64,000 bases of DNA, taken from positions 115,692,001-115,756,000 of the forward strand of contig NC_043001.1 in assembly GCF_006345805.1 (NCBI RefSeq). The letters are read 5' to 3'. The notes below the pieces were generated by a model. That model searched no databases. It was not told where the DNA came from and was given only the letters and a program-made list of their open reading frames with translations. This DNA comes from Octopus sinensis. Its lineage: Eukaryota. Both the position numbers and the translations under genes were made by a program. Shown here piece by piece: positions 10,601 to 24,900 of the stretch. Positions within the stretch are counted from its first letter, which is position 1; the number at the start of each line of letters is the position of its first letter.

Positions 10601-13600
10601 CCTTTGAGGAAGTGGGAAAAACCTTCTAGTCAAAACAAAACTCTGGAAGAAAACCAAAACCTTCAGATAAGGACTGTTGGACTCTTACGCAAATTGTTAG
10701 AAAGGATCACAAAAGTACAGCTCCCAAAATAACTGTAGAGCTTAATAACCATCTCAAGAACCCAGTTTCCATAAAACTGATTGCTGGGAGTTGCACAAAG
10801 CTGGATTTCATGGGAGGGCTGCAATCAGAAAACCACTACTTTCAAAAACCAACTTTGCAAAGCATTTAGAGTGGGGTAAAACCTACAAAACTGATCCCTA
10901 GAGCAGTGGAAGAATATCATTTTCTTGGACAAGTCATCTTTTACCATATTTCTGACCAGTGGCCGAGTATACATGTGGAGACATCCAAAACAAGCATTTG
11001 ACCCAGACTACCTTCTTCCAACTGTTAAACATGGAGGAGGATCTATGATGATCTGGGAGGTGAGGGCTATATCTTGGAAATCTGCCAGCCCAATGATTTC
11101 CCTTCATGGCAGACTATTTAAGCATTTTATCTGATCAAATTCATCCTATGATTGCAGAACTGTTTCTGAAGGGAAATGCAATCTTTCAGGATGATAATGC
11201 ACCAATTCATAGAGCAGCTAAAGTTGTTACTGAATGGCATGAGAAACATTCTAGAGAAGTTGAACATCTTATCTTGCCACCACAGCCTCCAGATCTCAAT
11301 ATTATTGAACATTTGTGGTGCATTTTAGGAAAACAGGAAAAGGAGTCAATATCCTCCACCATCATCACTGCAAGAATTGGGGACTCTTTTAGCTGAAGAA
11401 TGGACAAAAATTCTTTTGGAAACAACTCAAACTTTGTACAAGTTCATACCTTGTAGAATTCAAGCTGTAATTACTGCTACAGGCAGTCCTACCCCATATT
11501 AAAATAAATTTGTTTGAAATTTTAAGAACTTTCCATTATTTTGTCCAACCCCTGTATGTTTACACGATATATATATATATTATATAGCCAGAAGATGAGG
11601 TCCAGAGATTTTCAGTGTAGAAGACACTCAGTAGTGCTCAAATGATCCAAACCTAGACTCGGATATCTTTACAGGGAATCAATTCCACAGGATTTTTAAA
11701 AATCATAACCTAGGTATCTCATTCGAAAATGACACACACTGGAAACATCTTAAATCTATATCACACTTTCTAGAAACCCTATCAATCATTACAATATATC
11801 TACATCCTATCAAATTACCCTAAACTTACTCCTAATAGAATAGTCACAGACATTTTTATCAGAATCTCCAGCTTATCTACTAACAAAGATATTTTTAATA
11901 ATCATGCCCCACACTATAACCAAGCTCAGCAGATAAGTGGTTTCTGTAAAAAGAACTCTTATATCTCCAACACTAAACTTAAGGCAAAAATTGCACATTT
12001 CTTTCCTAGAGCAGGTAGGAAGACCACAGAGTAGGTAGGAAAACACAGAGCAAGTAGGAAAACTTGCAATTATTAGGTGTTTCAATTCAGCCCTCTTGGA
12101 GGTTTCTGTCAATGCAAAATTGTAGTCTACAAGTGCAGAGTAATAATACTATGCTCCCATCAAGTAAGGGTCTATAACGACAGAATGTCGATTTCAAGCA
12201 CTGCTACTGAGCACAAATGGACTCTTTCTCCAATCCAAATTCTAAATATTCTACCACCTTAGCAACTTAAATACATAACCACAAATCCCAAAACTACTCT
12301 ATCCCGATCCATCATAAGGAGGCTCCCTCGTTCAGCTCAAACCTTGGTATTTGTAAGGGATTATCTAATCATCCTTTGCAACCACAATCCCTGATTACTT
12401 AATAGATTCTCAGATGTAATACTCTCTTGTAAACACAGGTTCTACTCATCATTTACTCATTTTATTAAATCTATGTAATCTCATAACAATGATTATCATT
12501 AATTATAATTAACCTTGGGGTGCAACAAGGTTAGCGAAGCAACGCATCTTCTCCAGTAATACCATCCTTCTCATGATTACCTTTGAAAATTCTTCTTACC
12601 CACAACATACCACCTCCCTCACAAATTGTATTCTTTCCCCATTATCTCATTTCTCATCTTCAACCAAGAGCACTTGCAACTACCACAATCAATTAGCTAC
12701 TAAACAATCAACATCCACCCCTCTACCCAATTTCATACACCTTTTCAAACCTCAGTACTCCCCCTCCACCACCAATCCACCTTCATTATAGTACTAACCA
12801 CAGCTACTCTGATCACCGACTAACTCCCCACTCTATGCACCTCCATTTATCTTATCTCATATCTCTGTTCATACTTTAGTAATCTCCCTCTACTGCCTAA
12901 TTAGAGTCTTTCCCTCCCTCAAATAATTGTCATCCCTTTTCTCACTATCTCAACACTATACACAAACCCAATAATTGACTACCCTTCAATTACTACCCAT
13001 TGCATCCCTCCCACTCATCTCTAAACACTCCACATCGACTACCACTTCCTTAATACTCCCATTCTTAAGGCGCCCCCCCCTCACTCTCTTTCTGAACTAG
13101 TTTATTTATTTCCTCTCACCATTCTGTCTTAACACTCGCCATAACTCCTTCCTACCTCCTTCCTCTAATAGTGCTTGCTCTCCACATTTAATCTGTCCAC
13201 CTTTGAACTTGATGGCAGCTCAATTTATCCAATTCTGATTGCCTTCCATTATGGCCTACGTACTGTGATGAATACATCTAGCAACATTCTCCCAGAAACA
13301 GCTGTTAGACTTATATCCTCCCCTTTAATTTTCTCTGTCATTTGCACTCCGTAAGTTGGATCTACTCCTTTTCTCCTTCACTCAACTCCCTCTCTCTCTC
13401 TGTCTCTTTCGCTAAATATATAGATATATATGTATGTATGCATATATATATAGTTATGTCATCACTTCATCATTTAAAGTCTGTTTTCAATGGTTACATG
13501 CTTTGTTAGAAGCTGGTAAGTTAGAAGACTGTGCCAAGTTCAACTGTCTGTTTTGGCATGGCTTCTACAGCTGGATGCTTTTCTTAATGCTCACCACTTT

Positions 13601-14693
13601 ACACACTGTACTAGGTGCCTTTTATGTGACAGCAGCACTGGTGAGATCACAAAGTAATTTACAAGACAAAAGCCCCCAACAGAGGAGGGAGTAGTATTGA
13701 GGGAGGTAGTTTTGTGCCATGTGTGTATCTAATGGGAGACCACAAGAAGTTACATTATTAACCATGCATTGTTAGGAATCCACAGTTGGGTATGTCACAG
13801 AATATATACACATGACAAAACAAGAAAGTTTGTGTATAAACTATTTAATTCGTACCAGCTTACACATGTTTCATAAACAAAAAAGAAACTATACAACTAA
13901 ATTCTTTTTGGTATTGCTTCCAATTCTTTATATTCTGAGTTCTAATCCCACTGAAGTCAACTTGACTCATCCCCTCAATCCAAAAATTGTTGCCCTTGTG
14001 CAAAATTTGATAGACATTATAACAACAACAATAATAATAATAATTATAATTATTATTAAGGTAGTGAGGTGACAAAACTCATTAGTATGCTAGACAAAAT
14101 GCTTCGCAGCATTTTGTTCGTCTTTATGTTCTTTTAAAATTCTGTGAAGATTGACTGCCTTTGATCCTTAGAGGGAGGGGAGAAGGCTTGATAAAATAAG
14201 TATTAGTTGAACACTGGGGTCGATATAATTGATTTATCCTCCCCACTAAATTTTGCTGGCCTTATGTTTAAATTTGAGACATTTAACCTTATTATTATAA
14301 GGGCATGAGCTGTCAGGATCATTGCTGTGTTGGACAAGAAGCTTTGTGGTATTTCTTCTGGCTCTACATTCTGAATTCAAATACCACTGAACTCAGCTTT
14401 GCCTTTCATCTTTTTGGGGTCAATAATATAAAATACTAATTTAGTAGTGGGATAATGTAATCAACTTGCCCTGCCCACTAAAAGTACTAAAAGTTGAAAC
14501 TATTATCATTAAGAGCAGGATTATAAGAACATGGAAAAAATGATCGATCAGTGATACTTCTGTTCATACTTTATGTTCTGAGTTCAAATCTTGCCTGAAT
14601 CAACTTTGATTTTCATTGCTTTAAGTTTGATTAAGTACCAATTATAGGGGTGAATGTAATTTACTTTTTCTCCTCCCCTTAAAAATGCTGGCC

Positions 14694-14744
<51 letters not shown>

Positions 14745-17700
14745 CAGCAGCAGTAGTAGTAATAGAGGTAGTGGAGGTACTGGTAGTAGTAGTATTGATG
14801 GTAGAAGTAGTAGTAGTAAGAAGAGGAGTAGCAGTGGTAGTAGTAATGGTGGTGGTTTCGGTTGCAGAAATGGTCATGGTAACAGATTAGAGTTACAAGA
14901 AGAGCATGTCCTTAACACTAAATTACTGTAATTATTTTAACCAATAGAATATATGATTTTCATACAATCATTTTTGTTTTCTTTAAATTTTTTATCTGAT
15001 TCCTCTTTGAATACTGTCAATCAAACACATCATCATAGACATGAATGATCACTACTGCCATGCACCTATCAATGCTACAACCCCAACCAAAAACAGAAAA
15101 CAGTATCCACACATACATTTAGTTTTTGGATTATTCTTTAATCATCATCATCATCATCATCATTTAACGTCCGCTTTCCATGCTAGCATGGGCTGGACGG
15201 TTCAACTGGGGTCTGGGGAGCCCGAAAGCTGCACCAGTCCAGTCAGATCTGGCAGTGTTTCTACAGCTGGATGCCCTTCCTAACGCCAACCACTCCGAGA
15301 GTGTAGTGGGTGATTTTATGTGCCACCGACATAGGTGCCAGACGAGGCTGGCAAACGGCCACGCTCGGATGGTGTTTTTTATGTGCCACCGACACAGGTG
15401 CCAGACGAGGCTGGCAGACGGCCACGCTCGGATGGTGTTTTTATGTGCCACCGACACAGGTGCCAGACGAGGCTGGCAGACGGCCACGCTCGGATGGTGT
15501 TTTTATGTGCCACCGACACAGGTGCCAGATGAGGCTGGCAAACGGCCACGATCGGATGGTGCTTGTTACGTGCCCACAGCACGGAGGCCAGTCGATGCGG
15601 TACTGGCTACAGCCACGTTCGGATGGTTTTCTTATGTGCCACGTGCCACCGGCACTGGTACCACAAAGATACAAATTCCATTGATGTTCATCTATTTGAT
15701 TTGTTTTGATTTTCACTTGCCTCAACAGGTCTTCACAAGTGTCACAAGAAGGAAGGTATGCACAGGTGGACTGACTACGTCCCAGGTAGGGCCATGGGTT
15801 ATGGCCTGACTAGTCTTGCCGGGTCTTCGGATGGTGTTTTTATGTGCCACCGACACAGGTGCTAGATGAGGCTGGCGAACGGCCACGATGTTATTAACAA
15901 TAAGAAAGTGGTATCTATAATTAAATATGTTATAGAAAAGAGGAAATAATTTATGATTAATTTAAAATAATTATATATATATATCATATATGATAACACA
16001 GTGATGGCTGTGTGGCTGAGAAGATTGCTTCTCAACTACATGGTCTTGGGTTCAGTCTCATAGTGTGGCCCATAAGCTAGAGAAATAAATACTATGATAA
16101 CGATGCTAGGTAAATGGTGGAAGTCATAGAAGGATGTGATTTCACAGCTGCAGTAGGGAGATCCATCTACAAAGTGGGAAACATGAACAAACCTAACATT
16201 TAATGAAAAGATTTCTAGACTAGACATGCAAGAGGCAAGAAATTTGCAAGCTGGAACGACAACAACTTTACTAGGAGAGCAGTAAAAAGTGTTACAGTGT
16301 AGAAGAAACCAGAAAGACCAGCTTTCTAGTGTCACTGACATGATAGTATACACTATGATACAAAGTAGTTAGTGATTTGAAAGGAATGAACTCCTTAAAA
16401 ACCATACCAAAATTATGTTAATCATAAATACAATGTAAAATCCTAACCATGACATATAAGAAAGTGTGAGAGCACTTAGCTCCAGTCACTCTTGAACTTC
16501 CTTAGCCAGATTTGTAGATAACTCATGCTGACTTCTCATGCAAAGGAAAACATATATCTTGTTCAACTGAATAAAGAAATACAGACTTTGAAATGAAACA
16601 TCCTGATAATACCAGCTCTCCCCACTCTCTCTTCTTTCTTTATATAAATGTGTGTATGTGTGTGTAGCTCCATCTATTTCTGATTTGAAGTCATAGGAAG
16701 AATGGTGCATTAATTCTTTCTTTCATGGGAAAGCTACCTGCAGGAATTTATCTATTTATGAATCAGCCCTACCAATCAATGCCAAGGCTGCCTATGTATG
16801 GAATGAAATATGTAAAAACAATATATGTAGTAAAATAAGGAATAGATCCTCAAACATTAAGCATCTTCCTTATATTTCCACTAAGAATTACCTTGTATTT
16901 CAATAGTTAAGCTTTATAAAGAGAAATCGACTGAGTTTAGCTTTGGTCTTTACAAATACTTTGACAAAGGCTTTTTAAGACTGAAATATTGAAATATAAG
17001 GCAAAAGCTGAAGTGTTTTGAGTTTGCTTTTGTTTACACTCTTTTATAACAAGCTAGATCAGTGTTGGCTTTCTAAAATACTTTCAATTCAATTTCATAA
17101 TAACACATATATACTATACCACATATACATACATACATGTGTACATACATACATGCAAAGATGAGCATATATGAGCAGAAAACTATGCATGTATATGTTA
17201 GTAGAAAGCTCTGAGAGGATAGTAACATTGATCATCAAAGCAGTCTATCATTGACCAACAGCCGGGTTACGACCTTCCACCTTGAAGGGGATGCGTTTGC
17301 AATCCTGGAACAGGAAACATCAACGAAGTACCTGATGCACAAAATGGATAGAGATGTGGGAAAAGCAGTGAAATGTGACAAACCATGCAGACCTTGTGAG
17401 TTGACACCAAAGACATCACCCACATCATAAGCAGTTGTCCAAAAAAATTATCTCAGTATTATCTTCCGATAAGATATGATGTTGTAGCTAGGATATTCTC
17501 TAATAGGTAACCTGTCAGAAGGATAACCCCAAGGACAAAGAAATAAAAACCCACTGTATGGTAGAAGTCATAGCCACTCATAATAAAAAAAAGAGTACTG
17601 GTGGAATGTTCCAGTGAAAATCTCAATAAAACGTAAGCACAACAAACCTAATATAATGATCTAGGTTAGAAATCAGCTCTCTCTCTACTGGCAAGAAATC

Positions 17701-20700
17701 TTGAAATAAAACTGAATCATGACATACATACATATGGAAAACAAATGCTAAATGATGATGATGATGATGATAAAGAAACATCATCATCACCATCATTTAA
17801 CATCTGTTTTCTATAGACATTTGTGTGCGTGTGTGTGTGTGTGACAGAAAGTGTGTAAGGGATAAATTATCCAGGTGGGTACTGTAATAGCTCCCAGGTA
17901 TATTTCAGGTTATGGCTAATTGAATAAAGTAGTAATAAGCATCAATGCTCACTTAGTATGAGCAATCTTGCTTTGATTCTTTTGATGGGTGACTCTGGAT
18001 TCATTCCTCTGGATCATGAATATTATTAGGAGTGTAAATTTCAAACAATTACAAGAAATACAGAGACTGGTACATCATCAAATTTTTCTTTTCATTTTAC
18101 AGTTGGTCATCCATAATTAGTTGGTTAAAATGACCAACAGGTTTCTGCTCCACAGAGTATGTACAAATGCACATGCAACCCAGCATAATCTGCTGTGCAC
18201 CTTCATTCAGGGTCTTTCAACAAGTGTAGTTTGAAGCAAACTGAGTTTATTTATTTTTTCATGGCAAGTTTATTTCCTTATTCTTTCCTGTTTAAGATAT
18301 AAAGGGAAGTGATGAGGGATACGTTGAAATCTATAAAGTTTATCTTTAGGCTGCCGGCTAATTAACATCAGTTCCAGGAGGAAATTGGGAGTTTTATATA
18401 TATATATATATTAAATTAGGTCAAAGTATATCTTAGTGTTTTGATAGGCTTTTTCTTTATGTTACAAGAGATTGAATAGAATTAATATTAAACTTTGTTA
18501 TATTGATGGAGTTCTGTCAATATATTGTTTATGAAATCCAGAAGGAAGGTACACTTTAAAGCGAGTTTTATGTTATACATAAGTTATTGTACAATAACTT
18601 ATGTATAACTTATGTCTCTTCCTTGCATTTCCACTTCATACACTATGCTTACCTTCCACTTCCAAATCCTGTCCTCTTGGCCACTTAAAAAGCATCCAGT
18701 CTACACCGAAAAATGGTTAGCATTTCTAAGGGCATCCAAACCTTTCCAAAACTGACCTTGCCTGTGCTTGTGCCATGTAAAAATCACTAAGCCCACTCTG
18801 GTGAGTGGTTGGTGTTAGGAAGGGCATCCAGCTGTAAAAATCCTGCCCAAACAGTAAAAGAAGTCTGGTGCAGGATTCTGCCTCGCCAGCTCCTATCAAA
18901 CTGTCCTACCCTTGCCAGCATGGAAAGTGGATGTTAAACGACAACGATGATAATGATGTTATGCATGTTGTCTATACAACTGGAATATACCTGATGCATT
19001 TCTTTCCGGACATTTAGCATCCACAGAGAGAACCTCTCTGTTGTCAACAAAGGCAGTTGCTCCCTGGACTTTTATAACCTATCCTTACTCCACCTATTAT
19101 GCTTTCCCAACACTCATTTCTAATGCTGATTAAGACAGTTAAGTTATGGAAGATACCAACTATTATCAAACTTGAGAAATTTCCTTTATTTCTTGGGAGT
19201 GCTTTTATGAATGAAATCCCTTTCTCTATAAGCCTGTCTTGTACTTTTTGTGTACTTATTGTTTACATTGGTTATATAGTATAGAGTGTTTACTGGCTCC
19301 CTTTCTACATAATGAGTGTGGCTACATCCAGTTTGGAATAGTGTTTTTTTTTTATTTTCTGCAAGCTAAAAATTTCATTTTTGCCAAAGTAACCTTTAGG
19401 CCCTTTCATTCTAGGCTCTGCTTTTATGTTAGGAACTTTTCTCCAAAACCTTTACCTGAACTGATTATGAGTACCTATGGCTGCATTTATGTAGAACGAA
19501 TTGTTCTTGATGGTTGACCACTTAATATCTTACTTTTTTGCAACATGGTCTCTTAATAATTTGTCTGTCTAACTAAATTCATCTTTTCCTCATGCAAATT
19601 TCTTAAAAACAAAACTTACCTTTTGCTGATGAAGTCCTATTAAATTCACAAAATAATTATAAAATAAGATAAAATAAAATAAAATAAAATAAAATAAAAT
19701 AAAATAACAACCACCACCACAACCACCACAACCACCACAACCACCACCACCACCACCGCCACCACCATCATCATCATCATCATCATCATCATTATTATTG
19801 TATAATTGTTCAATATTTGTTAGATTGAGACAAATTTCTACTGCATCACCTGCTACACTGCTGTGTTGCTGGGGGTTGCAGCATTGTATGTTCTTTTCTG
19901 CTGTTGGGAGTGTGCATCTTCCCAGTACTGTACTGTATTACCTTTTTTCCCTTGAGATGTGGTGCTGTCTTCTGTTGCATTACTGCTTATATTATGTGTT
20001 GAGTGTGTAGTGCTTTGGTTGTTTTAGCTTGCAGGTGGAAGTATATTTCACTGGGTAAATGATGTATAGAGTGTGTCTTGTATTTGTATGTTGTTTTGTT
20101 TAGGTTGTATTATTGGATTGATAGTGTCTTGCATAGAATGTGGGCTGTTCATAGTAGGGCTATTTTTTAAAAAGTGTGTAGTGTTGAGGATCCAGGTATA
20201 GCTTCTACGCTTTTGTTCATATGTTTTTTTATCATGCCCAATGCTCCAGTTATTATTAGTATTATTTTTACCTTCATGCCCCACACTTTGAATACTTCAT
20301 TATCACCATTATCATTATTCATATACACACAACACATTAGACTGTTGGAAAAGAAAAAATCCTAACATTGGGCTACAACACGTAACCTTAGATGCCAAGA
20401 ACCCTTCTAAGTATCCTAGCTGTCCCTAATAATACTGTTTTCTGCAACTGTACTAAACTGGGTTTATACCTATTTCCTCTATTCATCTTTTCAAATATTT
20501 AGAGATATTTCCTAATGCACCTATAAGTACTGGAATACATTTTACCAGCACTTTCCATAGTCTCTGTAATTCAATGGCTAGGTTCTAATAATTTGCTGTT
20601 TTTCTATACTTCTCATATTGATTTTTTCATCATTTGGAACTGTAAAGTCAATTATCTAGCACTTTCTATTCTCTTTATCTACTACTACTAAATCAGGCCT

Positions 20701-21893
20701 TCTAACTTGCAAAATACGATTATTTGCACCTCTGAGGATTGTGAATGAAATTGTCTTTTTCTTAATGTCAGACACCAATGACCAGATGTCCAATCATCGA
20801 CCACAACTGAGATGGTGATGATGATGATGATATACATATACAACTAATCCACCATTGTTGACAATGACCAAGGGTATCTCTTGAGACTAGAAGATGGATC
20901 ACAGTGTTTGGTTGTGGCCATTCAGTCTGATACATACTCAAAAGGCTCTTCCACAAATTGGGCACTGGTAGTCTGCTGGGGCTGAAAGTAAAGAGTTGGC
21001 TCTGCATTGTATGCATTTTCACCATGTCCTCACAATCCTGTTGTTTGTAGGAGGTAGTACTTCTCTTGGTGTAGTCAGGCAGGGCAGTCTTGAGCTTGTA
21101 TTTCCCAGGTACCAGTGTTGATCTGAAAGCTCTTCAGTGAGGCTTAGAGTGTATCCTTGAAGCACTTTTTCTGTTCACCTTGCATGCACTTGCCTTCCAT
21201 CAGTTCACTGTAAACCAATCTCTAAGGGAGTTGCATGTCAGGCATTTCAACAAGATGGGTCTCACCTTCTGACTTGTCTAACTAGGTGATTTCCAACAAC
21301 TTTTGGGGGCAGTGATATCAAAGCAATTTAGCTTTTCGGTGTGACATATCTAAACCATACAAATCTCACAGGCATACAATAACATAGGCAGTAAAGCTGC
21401 TTCATACACCTTTACCTTGGTGACCAGCCTAATACCTCTCCTCACCTACAGTGATTCGGCTGCCTGGACAAATTCACCAGTATGGTGTGTCAGTTTCACA
21501 ACAACATGCTTTCTCAAGTACTGGATCAAGGAGATTCTTCCTCTGACACATTCCCAGTCACTCATGAAGTCAAGAAGGGCTGTGTACTAGCACCTATGCT
21601 ATTCAGCATGACGTACTCAGCCATGCTGTTGGATGCTTCTGCAATGATGATAAAACCAGCATCAAGATCATATTCACTACTGATGGCAGACTCTTTAATC
21701 TGGGGAGGCTACAGGCCAAAATCAAGATGGAAGAAGACTCAGTGTATGACCTTTAGGTGTCTTAGCAACCAGTGTTATGAGGGAGTCATCCCTAAGTGCT
21801 ATGCTGCAGTGACTCTGGCAAACAAATACATACATGGAATATGTGCAACCAATAATGTTTACAACATTAGAGTTGCTTTTAATTCATTACTGA

Positions 21894-21939
<46 letters not shown>

Positions 21940-24900
21940 TCAACAAAATATTTTCCTTACAAAAAGGAAGGCCATTAGCTAGATTAATTAGATATTCTCC
22001 CAGTCTTTTGGAATGTTAGTTATAATATAATCATTTAATCTATAGTATATAAATCTGTAGTATATACAGTTGCATTAAGTAAATAATCAAACAATTTATA
22101 CTTTTAAATTTCATTTCCTCACAATTTCAATAGTATTTTATTTGCATAAAGATTCACTTGCAAAAGTTTACACATATAAGGTTTTGATTTACTGTCACCT
22201 TAACAAAGATTCTATTATACTAATTGGAAAAGGCAGATAGAAGAGCCAACTAACATGTGAACTATATATGATTTTGTATTACCTTCCTACAACTTGAGTT
22301 CAACTGATAGAAATTTTCTATCTACTTTGAAATAAACAACAAATAAGAATGTTATATACTTACTCTTTATTGCATTTAAAACCTAAAAAAAAGTAAAAAG
22401 TGATGCATATAGGAATGTTATTCAATATTAAACATTTCTTGTGAAAGTAGTACAAGTAATTTTCTATATCAAATAAGACTACCATTAGTTACAGCAGTAA
22501 ATTTTGAAACAAATTTATCTCAGATTTTCCATGTTGTTAAGATTGTAAGATTTACAAACACCTCTTCCACTCTTCCTTCACACCCTCGTAAAATAGTCCT
22601 TCCTTCCATCTCCCACTCTCCTGCTACCATCTCATGAACTTACTCAGCCACTTGCCTGATCCAATCTTTGGTTCCTGTCACTCTATGTATCTTGAGTGTC
22701 ACCTTCCATCACATCTTCAACATCTCTCTTCCTCTCTCACTCCAACTGAGTTACCCAATGTATCTCCTCTACTGCAAGACACCAATTTCTGTACCTCCAT
22801 CCATACTCTAACCTCTCATTACCTGGTACAAAACCACCGCTCTCAATTCTATTCCCTACTCAGTTGAGAGTGTCTTGTCTTTCTAGTTACTTGGTGACTT
22901 CACTGCTGTTAGTACCAGGTAAAAGGCACTCAGTACACTCTGTAAAGTGGTTGGCACTTTGAAGGGCATCCAACCATAGAAAACATGTCAAAGCAGGCAT
23001 TGGGGCTTGGTACATATATCTATATTCTCTCTGTCCTACCCGAGTGTGTATGTGTGTGTGTTAATGTGATGTCTATGTGTATAGATATGTGCAAGTATAG
23101 TAGTGTATGCGTGTAATTTTTAGGTAGGTTGTGTAAAAGCATGTATGTGAGGAGATGGGAGTGTGTATAAGCATATGGAAAAATTGATGAAACAGATTGG
23201 ACAATAAGTACAAGGTGGAAGATATTATTGATGTGTGAGCAAGTTTTCACCAAAAGCATATAGAGGTTGGAGAATGCATTCAAAGGAAAGCAGATGGGAA
23301 ACACTGAGAGACAGTTTAAACTAAAATTTTAAAATGTGGTAGAAATATTTAAATTCAGTGTTGATAAAAACAAAGATATTGGTAAAAAGTCCAGAGAAAT
23401 TGAAGGTAAAAAGTTTCCAGGAAAATCATCCAATTCAAGAAGATGAAACAATATACATTAAGATGATGAAAAGCCAGATGCTAATGCACAAAAGAAATAA
23501 AATGGCAAACAGAGGTGAGAAGAGAAATAACAGAATGGAATTGATAAAGAGAAGATTTGATGCAAGGGAAAAGAAGGAGCCGGAAAAGCAGCATCTGTGG
23601 GTGTGGCTGTTGACAAACTGAAGATTGTGTAGTAGTCAAGCAGAAATGGCATGTGGAAGTAAGAGGAGAAAGAAGTAGGAGAGAGAAGGAAACATAAGGC
23701 TTAGGTGTGTAATTCTGGAACAAGAAGGAAGGAAGGCAATGTAAGTTAGGGTGAGGTGATGAATTCAGACCAAAGTTTTGAAAAGAATGTATTCCTGTTA
23801 CTTCTGGAAGAGAGGATATATATAGTAACAAAGGACCTCTACCTCAGTGTAAAAAGCAGATTGTATGATGCCTATGTGTGAACAGTCATGTTACATGGCA
23901 GTGAAACTTGGGCTGTGACTGCAGAGGACATGTGAAGACTTGAAAGAAATGAAGCTGGTATGCTCCACTGGTTGTGCATGTCAATGTGCACATACAACAA
24001 AGTGCGTCTTTAGAGAAAAATTGGGCATAAGAGGCATCAGATACAGTGTGCTAGAGAGAGGACTGCTGTATGGTCAAATGATGCATATGGATGGGGACAG
24101 CTGCATAAAGAGGTGCTGATCTCTTATTGTGGAAGGAAACTGTGGAAGAGGTCGACCCAGGAAGATGTGGGTTGAGGTGGTGAAATGTGATCTTTGGATG
24201 TTGAGTCTCATGGAGGCAGTGACAAGTGACCAGGACTTCTGGCAAATTGGTGTGCTTGGGAAGAGGCATCAAGCTAAGTGGAACTCTGATTCTGGCCTAG
24301 TGCTGGTGATGTGTGAATGGCACTTGTACCAGTGACATGTAAGATGGACCTGTGCTAGTGACACATAAAAGGCATTGAGTACACTCACTGGAGAAATTGG
24401 TGCTAGGAAGGGTATCCAGCCATAAAAACCAAACCCAAATATACTGGAGCCTCGTGTAGCTCTCCAGCTTACCATTTGCAGTTAAATTGTCAAACTCATG
24501 CCAGCATAGAAAATGGATTATTAGAAATAAGAGTTAAAATGTTCCTAATGCTATAAGAAAGGCACATAAATGTATACATATATGCTCTCAGAGGCTCAGG
24601 AATTATCCATTGTTTTGGGTGATTGCAGCCCTTGTGAGCATATATATATACATATATATGCTTTTCCTACAGTATTAGGAGCTCAAAGACCCAGCAAACA
24701 GACAAAAATTTAGAGATTTACTAATGGAAGCTTCTAAAGAAAGAGAGGAAGAGTTGGGGACACATAGCTTAGAGGACAATTGGAAGTTCTTGTGAGACAA
24801 TCTACTGAGGGCTACAGATGAAATGTGTGGTTGGTGCAGAGTCCCAGCTAGATCAAGGGTGACATGGTAGTGGAGCAAGGAAGTTGACAGTGCTATAAAA

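Noticed and set aside
14584-14877. Poly-Thr mucin-like ORF
   Set aside because: Translation of a (TAG)n microsatellite; no splice support.
18572-18609. Resemblance of the palindrome arms to loxP (ATAACTT..GTATA)
   Set aside because: The arms are in the opposite arrangement, the central bases differ, and there is no recombinase context; AT-rich coincidence.
19533-19550. Possible 18-nt phase-1 microexon (TMLQK)
   Set aside because: Poor acceptor and an intron of only about 70 nt; not required for frame.
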